Of a DNA stretch of 64,000 bases, positions 20,808-30,941 are shown in pieces. The first letter of the stretch is position 1; the number at the start of each line of letters is the position of its first letter. A program made the position numbers and the translations under genes. The notes under the pieces were generated by a model. That model was not told the origin of the DNA. It ran no database searches and worked only from the letters and a program-made list of their open reading frames with translations. The stretch covers positions 96,001 to 160,000 of the forward strand of contig CAWHBU010000003.1 in assembly GCA_963827685.1 (NCBI GenBank). The letters are read 5' to 3'. This DNA is from an uncultured delta proteobacterium (GTDB lineage: Bacteria > Desulfobacterota > BSN033 > UBA1163).

Positions 20808-21791
20808 ATGTTGAAACCAAGGCCAATATCCCTATCAGCGTGTTCCCTGGTTGCCCTATTCTTCTTAATCCTCTGCCGGCCGATGACTTCCATTGCAGCA
20901 GGAGGGATTAACGATCATACCGGTTCAATTGTGGTTGCTGGATTGCAACGCACATACCTCGTTCATATTCCGCCTTCCCATGATAAAATGACACCCGTAC
21001 CGCTTGTCATCGCGTTACATGGAGGCAAAGGGACGGGTGAACATATGAAGAAACATACCCTCGGCGGCTTCAATAAACTATCGGACAAAGAAGGTTTCAT
21101 TATTGTCTATCCGAATGGAATGGATAAACAATGGAATGACGGCAGGAGTAAAGAAGAAACAAAATCTCGTGCACATAAGGAAAACATAGATGATACCGGC
21201 TTCATCTCGGCCTTAATCGACACCTTTATAAAAGAATACAATGTAAACCCCAAATCTGTTTATGTGACCGGAATTTCAAACGGAGCGATCATGTCTTATC
21301 GTCTCGCTTGCGAGCTAAGCGATAAAATAGCCGCCATCGCTCCGGTGGATGGAAATCTTGCGCAGAATTTTTTACCAAAGTGTTTACCCTCAAAACCAAT
21401 TTCAGTCTTAGCCATTAATAATGTTAACGACCCTTTGATGCCCTGGAAAGGTGGAGATATTACAGGGCCCTTTGGTGTGAAAAAACTTGGCAAGGTTTTA
21501 TCGGTTGCTCAAACCATTGAATATTGGGTAAAGCACAATGGATGCACTCTCTCTCCGATCATAATAGAAGAGCCGGATAGAGATCCCAAGGACGGCACAA
21601 GGGTTCGGCGGGAAGAATACAGCGGAGGGAAAGACAATACGGAAGTGATTCTTTATGCAATCGAGGGCGGCGGACATACCTGGCCGGGCGGTTATCAATA
21701 CTTACCGGCGAGCATTATCGGCAAGACGAGTAAAGATATAGATGCCAATGAGGTTATCTGGAACTTCTTTAAAAAACACTCAAGAAACTGA
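20808..21791 (+). CDS. Secreted PHB depolymerase/LpqC-family esterase
   Basis: PLVIALHG, GISNG nucleophile, GGGHTWPG. Confidence 0.85.
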   Translation: MLKPRPISLSACSLVALFFLILCRPMTSIAAGGINDHTGSIVVAGLQRTYLVHIPPSHDKMTPVPLVIALHGGKGTGEHMKKHTLGGFNKLSDKEGFIIVYPNGMDKQWNDGRSKEETKSRAHKENIDDTGFISALIDTFIKEYNVNPKSVYVTGISNGAIMSYRLACELSDKIAAIAPVDGNLAQNFLPKCLPSKPISVLAINNVNDPLMPWKGGDITGPFGVKKLGKVLSVAQTIEYWVKHNGCTLSPIIIEEPDRDPKDGTRVRREEYSGGKDNTEVILYAIEGGGHTWPGGYQYLPASIIGKTSKDIDANEVIWNFFKKHSRN

Positions 21792-21827
21792 TTAATCTCG
21801 CAAAAAGGAGAACTTGTTAATTTTTGA

Positions 21828-23448
21828 CGGGCTGTTGCCCAAATGATACTTGCAACGATTATACATTCGAGCTATAAGCATGGCAGCACAAATCTGGAAT
21901 GGAGATATTGCCATGATGGGACAACAGACAGGAATTCAGCCGAAGATCTTCTATCATCATATGAACCTGGAACAAAGGATTCCCCGGACACACCTTCTGA
22001 GAAGGATTCAAGAGCAGATTGACTTTAACTTCATCTATGCAGAGGTCAGAGACACCTATGGGGGCAACGGGAATGTGTCCATTCCCCCTCCTGTAATCCT
22101 GAAGATGATGTTGCTGTTAGTTCTTTACAATGTTCGATCGGAACGAGAGTTAATGGAAACGATCCCCATGCGTTTAGACTGGCTATGGTTTTTAGGGTAC
22201 GACATAGACAGTGAGGTGCCGGATCACAGTGTTTTGAGTAAAGCCAGGGCGCGGTGGGGAGTGGAAGCGTTTAGGGGGTTCTTTGAGCGAATGGTGTGGC
22301 AATGTGTGGAGGCGGGGTTAGTGGACGGCAGAAAGATCTTTGTGGATTCGAGCCTGGTGGATGCGGATGCATCGAACAACTCCGTGATCGACACGCGATC
22401 GTTGAAGGTTCAACTCCAGGAGGGCTACAAGAAGCTGGAAGCACGATTAGAGGAAAAGAGCGAGAGCACGGATTCCTCCAGGAGATACGTTAAAGAGAAC
22501 AGCCGATACATTTCAACGACCGATCCGGATGCATCGATAGTGAATCGTGGCAAGCCCAAACTCTCCTATCAGGTACATCGGGCCGTGGATGAGCGGAGTG
22601 AAGTGATCACGGCGATCGAGACGACAACAGGAGATGTCAATGAAGCGCATGAGATGATTCCTCTGATAGAGAGCCACCGTTTAAATACAGGGATCAATGC
22701 GGATACGGTGGTGGCCGACAGCAAATACGGGACGATCGAGAACTTTTTGGCCTGTCATGATAGAGGAGTAGAGGCCCACATGCCGGACTTGAGGGAAATT
22801 TCATTGAAGCGTACAGAAAAGCAGAATATCTTTGGGGAAGAGCGGTTTGAGTATGATCGGGAGAGTGACACCTATCGTTGTCCGGCTGGGCATCGGTTGA
22901 AGCCTAGATCATTACATATGAGTCGGCAAAGTAGAGATTACGCTGCACCCAAGAAGATTTGTGCAGCATGTGACTTAAGAGAGCAGTGTACTAGAAACAG
23001 ATCAGGTCGGACAATTAAGCGACATCTGAGGCAGGAAGATCTAGACAGGATGCGAGAAGCGAGTCGATCGGCCAAAGCGAAGCGGGATATCAAAGTGAGG
23101 CAGCATTTGATGGAGCGTTCCTATGCCAGAGGGACGCGGTATGGATATGACCGGGCACGATGGAGAGGGCTTTGGCGGGTGCAGATACAGGAATACCTGA
23201 TCTCTGCTGTCCAGAACATTGAGGTTTTGCTTAGGTACGGATCTTACCTAAAGAGAAGTCCATCGGTGATGATGGAGCAGATCAAAGGGGCTGTGACAAG
23301 GGAGATAAGGTCCTTTTCAGATTTTAAGGAGCTAATGAACTCAAAAATTGGCCGAATGGTGCTATTTGGTTTTACTTACCCTCGGCTATCATTCATGGAA
23401 ACTCAAACTGTCAGATATTTTTGAATTGGGCTTTTGAGCAACAGCCCG
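21828..23448 (+). mobile_element. IS1182-family element, complete copy with 4-bp TSD TTGA
   Basis: IRs cgggctgttgcccaaa / tttgagcaacagcccg; TTGA at 21824-21827 and 23449-23452. Confidence 0.92.
21913..23424 (+). CDS. IS1182-family transposase
   Basis: DUF772-like N-terminus (SERELM, PDHSVLS), S.TDPDA, VADSKY. Confidence 0.92.
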   Translation: MMGQQTGIQPKIFYHHMNLEQRIPRTHLLRRIQEQIDFNFIYAEVRDTYGGNGNVSIPPPVILKMMLLLVLYNVRSERELMETIPMRLDWLWFLGYDIDSEVPDHSVLSKARARWGVEAFRGFFERMVWQCVEAGLVDGRKIFVDSSLVDADASNNSVIDTRSLKVQLQEGYKKLEARLEEKSESTDSSRRYVKENSRYISTTDPDASIVNRGKPKLSYQVHRAVDERSEVITAIETTTGDVNEAHEMIPLIESHRLNTGINADTVVADSKYGTIENFLACHDRGVEAHMPDLREISLKRTEKQNIFGEERFEYDRESDTYRCPAGHRLKPRSLHMSRQSRDYAAPKKICAACDLREQCTRNRSGRTIKRHLRQEDLDRMREASRSAKAKRDIKVRQHLMERSYARGTRYGYDRARWRGLWRVQIQEYLISAVQNIEVLLRYGSYLKRSPSVMMEQIKGAVTREIRSFSDFKELMNSKIGRMVLFGFTYPRLSFMETQTVRYF

Positions 23449-23463
23449 TTGAGACCTGACCTT

Positions 23464-23550
23464 TATGATGAACCAGGAAGTGCCCGAACACGGGGAGACA
23501 CTGAAAAAAACAGAGAAATTCATGACATTTGAAGATTTGACCCTATTGCA
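23464..23550 (+). repeat. Non-coding segment A, copy 1
   Basis: cgaacacggggag.cac.gaaaaaa...aaattca.gac...tgaagat.tgaccc shared with 38904 and 40439. Confidence 0.8.
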
Positions 23551-23561
23551 CCACTTCCGAA

Positions 23562-23652
23562 GTTATGCTCTCTCTCATCGGTGATCATCAATCATTAGCC
23601 TTGAGTAATCTCCAAACTTTGTGAAAGAGGTAGCCCCCTTTTTTGACTCTTT
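23562..23652 (+). repeat. Non-coding segment B, copy 1
   Basis: GTTATGC...aatca...atctccaaactt...aagaggtagccccctttttt shared with 38800 and 41023. Confidence 0.75.
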
Positions 23653-23832
23653 CTTCCTGAAGTCTGCAACAGGACATCATAGCGAAACATGCTCGATTTC
23701 AATCCGTTATCATCGATGCTCTTTTCTCTTCCCCTACCGCTGGAGCAAGAAATAGTGCAAATAATGCTTGACAAAATTTTCCATGGTGGTATAGGGAATC
23801 GTATACCAAATTGAAATGAGAGGAGGACGAAC

Positions 23833-24729
23833 ATGAAACGCATTTTAATCCTAGTTCTTGCAGGTTTGTTCTTGATGAGCACGGGGGCACTGGCCGCTCC
23901 CGACAGCAAAGTGATCGGCGATGCCCGTTCGATCGATACCAAGTACGCAGGCCCCTTTAACGTGAATCTTGAGAAGTGGTTTGCGGACCATCCCGTGGAA
24001 CCCGGGAAGATGCTTAGGCTGGAAACGATATTTCAGACACCCCGGGTCACGGTAGTTTCGCTAGCGGCGTCTCAACTTATCGATCTCCATTACCATAGGT
24101 TCGCTGATGAGCTTATGGTTGTGATTAAAGGCCAGTGCGAAGAGTATGTTGACGGCAAATGGGTTTTGATGAATCCCGGTGATGTGCACTACAATCCACG
24201 GGGAGTAATCCACACTGGCCGGATTGTGGGCGACAAGCAATTCCAGGCCCTTACTATCTTCACTCCATCTCCACCTCCCAATGACCGGGTGTTCCTCAAC
24301 AGCGAAATAACCACCGCCAAGGTTGGTGCTGTTGTGGGCGACTGGTCATTGCTGGATACTCAGTATAAGAAAGGTGCCATCTTTAACCTGGATGCGTGGT
24401 ACGCCGCTCATCCAATTGAGGCTGGCAAAAACATGCGGATCGACGCGGCTATGGGAACGCTGCGCAGCCAACTAATGATCGCGCAGAGGCCCAGCCTCCC
24501 AGTTCATTATCATGGTTCGGCAGACGAAATTATTTACATCTATAAAGGTGTAGGCGAACTGTATATCAATGGAGAATGGGTAAAAGTATATCCTGGCGAG
24601 ATTCACTTCTGTTCGCGAGGATATATCCACGGCATTCATCCGGCGGGTGATGGCGAGTTCAAGATTTTTGCTGTTTTCGCTCCGCCGCAAGCGAACGGCA
24701 GCGACAGGATATTCGTAGATTTAAAGTAA
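23833..24729 (+). CDS. Secreted tandem cupin-domain protein
   Basis: Signal peptide; two homologous HYH...DE...PG.(V/I)H....G.IH repeats. Confidence 0.8.
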   Translation: MKRILILVLAGLFLMSTGALAAPDSKVIGDARSIDTKYAGPFNVNLEKWFADHPVEPGKMLRLETIFQTPRVTVVSLAASQLIDLHYHRFADELMVVIKGQCEEYVDGKWVLMNPGDVHYNPRGVIHTGRIVGDKQFQALTIFTPSPPPNDRVFLNSEITTAKVGAVVGDWSLLDTQYKKGAIFNLDAWYAAHPIEAGKNMRIDAAMGTLRSQLMIAQRPSLPVHYHGSADEIIYIYKGVGELYINGEWVKVYPGEIHFCSRGYIHGIHPAGDGEFKIFAVFAPPQANGSDRIFVDLK

Positions 24730-24853
24730 GTAGATTTCTAATCGACCCGAAGGGCAGAGTTCCATGGGCGTGCCCTTCCTGTATGGGGTTAAGTCCTGTC
24801 GGGCTGCTTATCGATTAAATTTTAAAATCAAAAATCTCAATGATGCTGACTTC

Positions 24854-24885
24854 AGGGCGGGGGTTCTTTCCCGCCCTTTTTATTT
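24854..24885 (+). terminator. Intrinsic terminator
   Basis: agggcggg..cccgccct followed by a T-tract. Confidence 0.7.
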
Positions 24886-25229
24886 GTTTCTCCGGCCCTT
24901 TTGATTATGTACATTTCTACCAGTAATCGTTGACTTTTGGGGTTATCTAAGAATGCGCATTTGTAGGTACTCGTTAGGCTGAGGAGTCAATTCACAATCT
25001 CTTTCAGATTAAGTTTCGTTTAGGAAAATTTGAGGAAAACGAGCAGACCTTAAACTTAAGTCTCGTCCAGGACGTTTCATAATTGTCCAGTGTTACTACC
25101 TATCTACATAATGTATTAAGAAGCCCTCCAATGGCCGATTGCAAAGGAATCTCATTCCATCCCGAAGGATTTATCTGTAATAATACATTTCCCTGGTTTT
25201 CGCTCCTTAGATTATCGGCTCTGGCCGAA

Positions 25230-26129
25230 TCAACCACCCTGCTTCTCCCCGATCCTAAAATTGGCCAGTGTCTCAAGGGCCTGTACCATTGCGGCATGAT
25301 CCAGTTCAGCGCCGCCCGAAGCTGATACTGCATTGAAAAGTTCCTGGGCTGTTGCGGTATGGGGTAGACTTACCCCAAGCTCTCTGCCTGTCTGGAGGGC
25401 AAGGCGAAGGTCCTTCTGGTGCAGTCTTATTCGAAATCCTGGCTGAAAAGTTCGCTTGATCATCCGTTCCCCATGAACGTCGAGAATACGGCTTTGCGCG
25501 AAACCACCCAATAGCGCCTCCCTCACTTTCACGACATCTGCGCCGGCTTTTGACGCTAGAAGAAGCGCCTCCCCCACAGCCTCAATGGTGAGGGCGACGA
25601 CAATTTGATTGGCTACCTTGCAAATCTGTCCATCGCCGTTACCGCCTATGTAAACGATATTCTTACCCATCTTTTCAAATAGCGGCTTGATCCGGTCGAA
25701 GACCTCTGCCTTTCCGCCTACCATGATCGACAGCGTCGCATTCTGTGCACCGATCTGACCACCGGATACTGGCGCATCGAGCATCTCTATACCTTGGTTT
25801 CTCAGTCGTTCGGCAAATCTCCGCGTTTCTATGGGAGAGATAGAACTCATATCAACAACCGTTGATCCGGACTTGATGCCTTTGGAGACCCCATCCGTAC
25901 CAAACAATACTTCTTCTACATCCGGGGTGTCGGGAAGCATCAAGAAAACAATTTCAGATCGCTCTGCCACTTCCTTCGGGTTTTTGCATGGAATGGCACC
26001 CAACGCCGCAAGCTCTGCTACGGACGCATAAGTCCTGCTATGCACATAGAGGGCATCCCCCGCTTTTGCCAAGTGACCCGCCATCGGTTTTCCCATTATT
26101 CCCAGACCGATAAATCCGATCCTTAACAT
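25230..26129 (-). CDS. garR: 2-hydroxy-3-oxopropionate (tartronate semialdehyde) reductase
   Basis: IGFIGLGIMGKPMA, LDAPVSGG, CKVANQI, PGFRI.LH.KDL; adjacent to hyi (GlxR/GarR family). Confidence 0.82.
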   Translation of the reverse strand: MLRIGFIGLGIMGKPMAGHLAKAGDALYVHSRTYASVAELAALGAIPCKNPKEVAERSEIVFLMLPDTPDVEEVLFGTDGVSKGIKSGSTVVDMSSISPIETRRFAERLRNQGIEMLDAPVSGGQIGAQNATLSIMVGGKAEVFDRIKPLFEKMGKNIVYIGGNGDGQICKVANQIVVALTIEAVGEALLLASKAGADVVKVREALLGGFAQSRILDVHGERMIKRTFQPGFRIRLHQKDLRLALQTGRELGVSLPHTATAQELFNAVSASGGAELDHAAMVQALETLANFRIGEKQGG

Positions 26130-26145
26130 GGTCTCATCCTCCTTT

Positions 26146-26248
26146 ACCCCGTTAGAAAGCCTCTGCATTTATGCCGGGGATGGTAGAAACAGAAAGCACC
26201 AGCTCGTTATTTAGGACGGGGTCAAAGCCCCGCCCTTTCTAACGGGGT
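26146..26248. mobile_element. MITE with TIR accccgttagaaa
   Basis: Same TIR at 36275-36392 and 53800-53947. Confidence 0.75.
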
Positions 26249-27022
26249 TCACAGATACGGCTTAATCCATTCCAGCCCTTCTTCTGTCGTTTTGAGCGGT
26301 TTGTATTCACAGCCGATGAATCCGTCGTAGCCCGCCTCATGAATGAAACGAAAGAGATTTTGAAAGTTAATCTCCCCTGTCCCCGGCTCGTGCCGTCCCG
26401 GATTATCAGCTATCTGGATATGGGCTATTTTATCAATATTATTCTTCATCGTTTCGGTAAGGTTACCTTCCATGACCTGCATATGGTAGATGTCGTATTG
26501 ATAGAATAGGTTGGGGTGATCCACCTCTTTTATCAAAGACAGGGCTTGCCCTGTGGAGGAAAGATAAAAACCCGGAATATCCCTCGTGTTAATTGACTCA
26601 ACCAGAAGACGGATGTTTTCCTGAGCCAGCATTTTAGAGGCGAACCGTAGGTTATTTACCAATGTTTCTCGTATCCGGTTTTCAGGTAGGTCTGGGGTTA
26701 ATCCTACAAGGCAGTTGACCCGCGCGCACTTCAACGCCTTGGCATATTCAATGGCATGTCCCACGCCTTCCTGAAATTCCCCTATTCTGCCGGGCAGTAA
26801 AGCGATGCCCCGTTCCCCTGCTTCCCATCTGCCAGCGGGGAGGTTAAAGAGAACCTGCGTGAGGCCGTATCGGTGCAGTTTGGCAGCCAACTGGCCAGCT
26901 TCATAGGCATAGGGGAACATATATTCGATCGCGGTGAATCCGGCTCCTGCTGCCCGCTCGAAACGGTCCAGAAAATCAACTTCTGTAAAAAGCATGGTGA
27001 GGCTTGCACTGAATTTGAGCAC
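26249..27022 (-). CDS. hyi: Hydroxypyruvate isomerase
   Basis: KFSA.LTMLFTE, LFNLPAG.W..GERG, QYDIYH.Q..EG, HIQIADNPGRHEPGTGE; GTG start with RBS aaggag. Confidence 0.9.
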   Translation of the reverse strand: MLKFSASLTMLFTEVDFLDRFERAAGAGFTAIEYMFPYAYEAGQLAAKLHRYGLTQVLFNLPAGRWEAGERGIALLPGRIGEFQEGVGHAIEYAKALKCARVNCLVGLTPDLPENRIRETLVNNLRFASKMLAQENIRLLVESINTRDIPGFYLSSTGQALSLIKEVDHPNLFYQYDIYHMQVMEGNLTETMKNNIDKIAHIQIADNPGRHEPGTGEINFQNLFRFIHEAGYDGFIGCEYKPLKTTEEGLEWIKPYL

Positions 27023-27065
27023 CTTTTTCTCCTTTGGACCGAGTAAAAAGCCGTGGAAAAAAAGC

Positions 27066-27105
27066 TTGACACTTAGAATGATTATATCATATAAGCTAAT
27101 ATCAT
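27066..27105 (+). promoter_or_regulatory. Sigma70 promoter with ATGAT-n3-ATCAT palindrome, likely operator of a leaderless gntR
   Basis: TTGACA at 27066, TATAAG-like -10, no SD before the ATG at 27106, atatcatat repeated. Confidence 0.55.
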
Positions 27106-27813
27106 ATGAAGACAATAAGATCAAGCGATGTGGTGATTAAGTTTCTATTAGACTTAATCATGAAGGGCGAACTGAAACCCGGCGACAAATTGCCCTCTAC
27201 TGAGAATCTCGCCAAGAAGATCGGTACGAGCGTGATCTCCGCGAGAGAAGCTGTTCAGAATCTGTCGGCCGTCGGTCTCGTTGAGATCAGTCACGGCAGG
27301 GGCATCTTTATGACGGAAGGGACCCCGGTCATCGAAGAGCTACTCGAGGCGCGGAAGATCATCGAATCTCACAATGCCATGATGGCAGCAGAGAATATAG
27401 ATCCAGGCGGTCTAAAAAATATTGAGGATCTATTGGCGGAGATGGATAAAGACATAGAAAGGGGGGATATTGATTCCTTCAGCGAACTGGACTATGAGTT
27501 TCATCTCTCCATAGGGAAGGCGGCTGGCAACCGTATTTTGCTCAAGGTCCTGGAGAACATCAAAGATCTTCTTCGCTATCAGCAGTCGACAATCAACAGT
27601 CTTCCCAATATCATCCGGAGTTCATCCGTACGCCACAGAGAGATTCTCGACGCCATCAGAACGGGAGATCCGAATCTGGCAGCACAGGTTATGACCAAAC
27701 ATATCACGGAAGTGATCAAGTCTTGGAAGAAGCATGTGAATCCCATCCGGGAAAGGAAAGGGAAGTTTAGGAGCGGGATATACAAAAATCCAATACATAG
27801 GAGGTTAAGATGA
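27106..27813 (+). CDS. GntR/FadR-family regulator
   Basis: LKPGDKLPS..L....G.S...REA wHTH; FCD domain (D.EFH, H.EI..AI). Confidence 0.9.
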   Translation: MKTIRSSDVVIKFLLDLIMKGELKPGDKLPSTENLAKKIGTSVISAREAVQNLSAVGLVEISHGRGIFMTEGTPVIEELLEARKIIESHNAMMAAENIDPGGLKNIEDLLAEMDKDIERGDIDSFSELDYEFHLSIGKAAGNRILLKVLENIKDLLRYQQSTINSLPNIIRSSSVRHREILDAIRTGDPNLAAQVMTKHITEVIKSWKKHVNPIRERKGKFRSGIYKNPIHRRLR

Positions 27814-29078
27814 AAGCGAAAGGACCGGTGGTAATCTGTTTATCTTTATGGATGGTTTTTATTTTGTCAGCACCACTTTTTGCCCAACCGTCCAAGGTGA
27901 TTAAAATTGGGGCCGTCTATCCCTTGACGGGTAACATCGCCTCAACAGGGCTTGATTGCAAACGGGGAGCAGAGCTTGCCGTCGATATTATTAATGGCAA
28001 ATATGATCTTAATCTCCCCCTGGCGAAGGTCGAGGGGCTGCCGAACCTTGGAGGCGTCAAAATCGAGCTTGTTTTTGCCGACACGAAGGGAGACCCCAGA
28101 AATGGTATGTCGGAAACTGAAAGACTCATCAGTCAAGAGAAGGTCGTCGCCATTATCGGAGCCTATCAGAGCTCGGTGACCAAAACAGCAAGCCAGGCGA
28201 CAGAAAGACTTAAAGTGCCCTATGTCTGCTCCGACTCCTCTTCCCCTACGCTGACGGAGAGAGGGTTCCAATATTTCTTCAGGGTCAGCCCGCATGATGG
28301 GATTTTTGCCAGAGACCAATTCCAGTTCCTGAAAGATCTGGAGAAAAAAACAGGACAGAAGGTCAGCACGATTGCCCTTCTTTATGAGAATACCGAATTC
28401 GGATCCAATGTGGGAAAAGCGGCAGCTCAATATGCGAAGGAATTCGGTTACAAAGTTGTGGCAGATGTTTCCTACCCTGCTAATGCCACAGACGTCACCA
28501 GTGAGGTGGGAGCGTTGATAAAGGCTAAACCCGATGTTTTGATGCATGCCTCCTACATTACAGACGCCATCCTTTTTACCAAGACATTCAAAGAAATGAA
28601 TTTTTCACCCAAAGGGATCATGACCTTTGCCGGCTATATCGAGCCTGCCTATCTCCCCGCGGTGAAGTCAGATGGGAACTACATTATCATCCGGTCAACG
28701 TTCGCCCTGGATCTTGCGAAAGGCAAACCGCTCGTTGCCCAGGTGAACGAGCTCTTTAGGAAAAAGTACGGGCTTGACATGAGTGAGAATGCGGCCCGCA
28801 GTTTTGCGGCTCCCTTTGTCCTCGCGGATGCCATCAATCGGGCCAAGTCGATCAAGAGTGATGATATTGTCAAGGCTCTGCTTCAAACCAATATCCCCGG
28901 CGATCAAATGATTTATCCCTGGAAAGGGATCAAATTTGATCCGAAAACGCACCAGAACATATACGCACGCGGGACCCTCGTCCAGGTTCTGGACGAGAAA
29001 TACGTGACGGTGTGGCCCTTTGACGCCGCAGCGAAAGGGGTTGTCTGGCCATTCCCGGCTTGGAGGGGGAGAAAGTAA
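27810..29078 (+). CDS. Liv-type ABC transporter substrate-binding protein
   Basis: Signal peptide, IKIGAVYPLTG, GAYQSSVT, YFFR. Confidence 0.88.
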   Translation: MKAKGPVVICLSLWMVFILSAPLFAQPSKVIKIGAVYPLTGNIASTGLDCKRGAELAVDIINGKYDLNLPLAKVEGLPNLGGVKIELVFADTKGDPRNGMSETERLISQEKVVAIIGAYQSSVTKTASQATERLKVPYVCSDSSSPTLTERGFQYFFRVSPHDGIFARDQFQFLKDLEKKTGQKVSTIALLYENTEFGSNVGKAAAQYAKEFGYKVVADVSYPANATDVTSEVGALIKAKPDVLMHASYITDAILFTKTFKEMNFSPKGIMTFAGYIEPAYLPAVKSDGNYIIIRSTFALDLAKGKPLVAQVNELFRKKYGLDMSENAARSFAAPFVLADAINRAKSIKSDDIVKALLQTNIPGDQMIYPWKGIKFDPKTHQNIYARGTLVQVLDEKYVTVWPFDAAAKGVVWPFPAWRGRK

Positions 29079-29111
29079 GAAAACAAACATCCAACGACGA
29101 GGTGAAGACAG

Positions 29112-29972
29112 GTGCCTGAACAGCTCTTACAGCAGGTGATAAATGGTCTGTTGATCGGATTCATGTATGCCCTGATCGCGATAGGTCTGACGCTCATCTG
29201 GGGTGTGATGAATATTGTCAATTTTGCCCACGGCGACTTCCTGATGGTCGGTATGTTCGCCTCCTTCTGGCTTTACACCCTCTATGGCTTAGACCCCATT
29301 TTTTCCATCCCTGTCTGCACGGCCCTCCTCTTTGTGATGGGAGTGCTCATCTACCGCTTCGTTGTGAGCAAGGTGATGTCCGGACCGATACTGGCCCAGC
29401 TGGTGGTCACCTTCGGGGTCAGCATCTTCATCTCCAACCTGGCCGTCTATTTGTGGACCCCCGACTTTCGACTCATTTCAAAGCCACTCCTCAGCGGCAC
29501 CTGGGTGATCGGAGAGGTCCAGCTGAGTATTCCGAAAACCGTGGCCTCCATCGGGAGCGTCATCACCTCCCTTTTTGTTTTCCTTTTCCTGAAAAAGACG
29601 AAGACGGGTAAGGCCATTCTTGCGACCGAAATGGATCGGGAGGCGGCACTGCTGATGGGTATCAACACAGAGCGTATCAACTCCTTCTCCTTCGGGATGG
29701 GTGCTGCCCTCGTTGGAATTGCGGGGGCCTTCTTGTCGACCTACTATTACATCTATCCTCAGGTGGGCGGTGTCTTCGGCACGATCGCCTTTTGCGTTGT
29801 GGCCCTCGGTGGTTTCGGGAGCATCGAGGGGGCTTTCATCGCGGGGATCTTGGTGGGACTGGTTCAGACCCTGGGAGGTTTTTTCTTCGATCCTGCCTAC
29901 AAGTATGCCATCGTCTTTATGATCTATCTCATCACGGTCTGGATAAGGCCCCAGGGACTCTTAGGATGGTAG
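29112..29972 (+). CDS. Liv-type ABC permease (LivH-like)
   Basis: GLTLIWGVMNIVNFAHGDF, LGGFGS..GA. Confidence 0.88.
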   Translation: MPEQLLQQVINGLLIGFMYALIAIGLTLIWGVMNIVNFAHGDFLMVGMFASFWLYTLYGLDPIFSIPVCTALLFVMGVLIYRFVVSKVMSGPILAQLVVTFGVSIFISNLAVYLWTPDFRLISKPLLSGTWVIGEVQLSIPKTVASIGSVITSLFVFLFLKKTKTGKAILATEMDREAALLMGINTERINSFSFGMGAALVGIAGAFLSTYYYIYPQVGGVFGTIAFCVVALGGFGSIEGAFIAGILVGLVQTLGGFFFDPAYKYAIVFMIYLITVWIRPQGLLGW

Positions 29973-29975
29973 CCC

Positions 29976-30941
29976 ATGCGGAATATGACATTTAAACAGA
30001 TCTGCAGCGGATTGATCGCCTTGATCTTTGTGGTCATCTTTCCTCTTCTTACTACGAATACTTTTGCCCAGCATGTCATGATCCTCTTTTTCATGTTCGG
30101 AATGATGGGAGTTGCCTGGAATATCATGGGTGGCTATGCAGGGATGTTCTCCTTTGGCCAGGTGGCCTTTTTCGGCATCGGAGCTTATACCTCCTCTTTC
30201 CTGCTGATGGCCTACCAGGTCAATCCCTGGATAGGGCTGATCGTCGGCGGATTGGTAGCCGCCCTGGTGGGCGCAGCCATTGGCTATCCCTGTTCTAATT
30301 TAAGAGGCCACTACTTTGCGATCGCCAGCATTGCCTTTGGCGAGATCGTCCGAACCCATTTCAATAACTGGAAGCTGATCGGCGCGGCGGAAGGCCTGTC
30401 TCTCCCGATGTTGAATGAAGGGTTCAAGAATTTCATGTTCCATTCATCTAAGTTGCCCTATTATTACATTATGCTTGCCTTCCTGATCATCTCCCTGCTG
30501 GTCTGTTATCTTATCAGCACTTCCAAAATAGGGTATTATTTCCGAGCCATAAAAGAAAGCCACGACGTCGCCAAGGTTCTTGGGATCAACGTCGTCTGGT
30601 ACCGCCTCATCGCCATCATGATCAGTGCGTTTCTAACGGCCATGGCGGGAACCTTCTATGCTCAGTACGTTCTTTACATAGATCCGGAGAGTGTGATGTT
30701 GCTGCCCATATCGATCCAGATCGTCCTGATATCGATGCTTGGAGGAGCGGGCTCGGTGATGGGGCCTGTCGTCGGCGCGGCGATCCTGATCCCTACTTCC
30801 GAAGTCACACGAGTTTGGTTGGGTCATAAGGGGACCGGAGTCGACATGTTGATCTACGGATTCCTCATCACCCTCATCTCCGTTTATCAACCGAAAGGGG
30901 TATGGGGACTGTTTACGAATATGGGCAAGAGGGCAAAATGA
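29976..30941 (+). CDS. Liv-type ABC permease (LivM-like)
   Basis: WNIMGGYAG.FSFGQ..FFG.GAY, LRG.YFAI. Confidence 0.88.
   Translation: MRNMTFKQICSGLIALIFVVIFPLLTTNTFAQHVMILFFMFGMMGVAWNIMGGYAGMFSFGQVAFFGIGAYTSSFLLMAYQVNPWIGLIVGGLVAALVGAAIGYPCSNLRGHYFAIASIAFGEIVRTHFNNWKLIGAAEGLSLPMLNEGFKNFMFHSSKLPYYYIMLAFLIISLLVCYLISTSKIGYYFRAIKESHDVAKVLGINVVWYRLIAIMISAFLTAMAGTFYAQYVLYIDPESVMLLPISIQIVLISMLGGAGSVMGPVVGAAILIPTSEVTRVWLGHKGTGVDMLIYGFLITLISVYQPKGVWGLFTNMGKRAK

Noticed and set aside
1-23448. Composite transposon formed by the two direct IS1182 copies
   Set aside because: Copy 2 has its own TTGA duplication on both sides, indicating an independent insertion.
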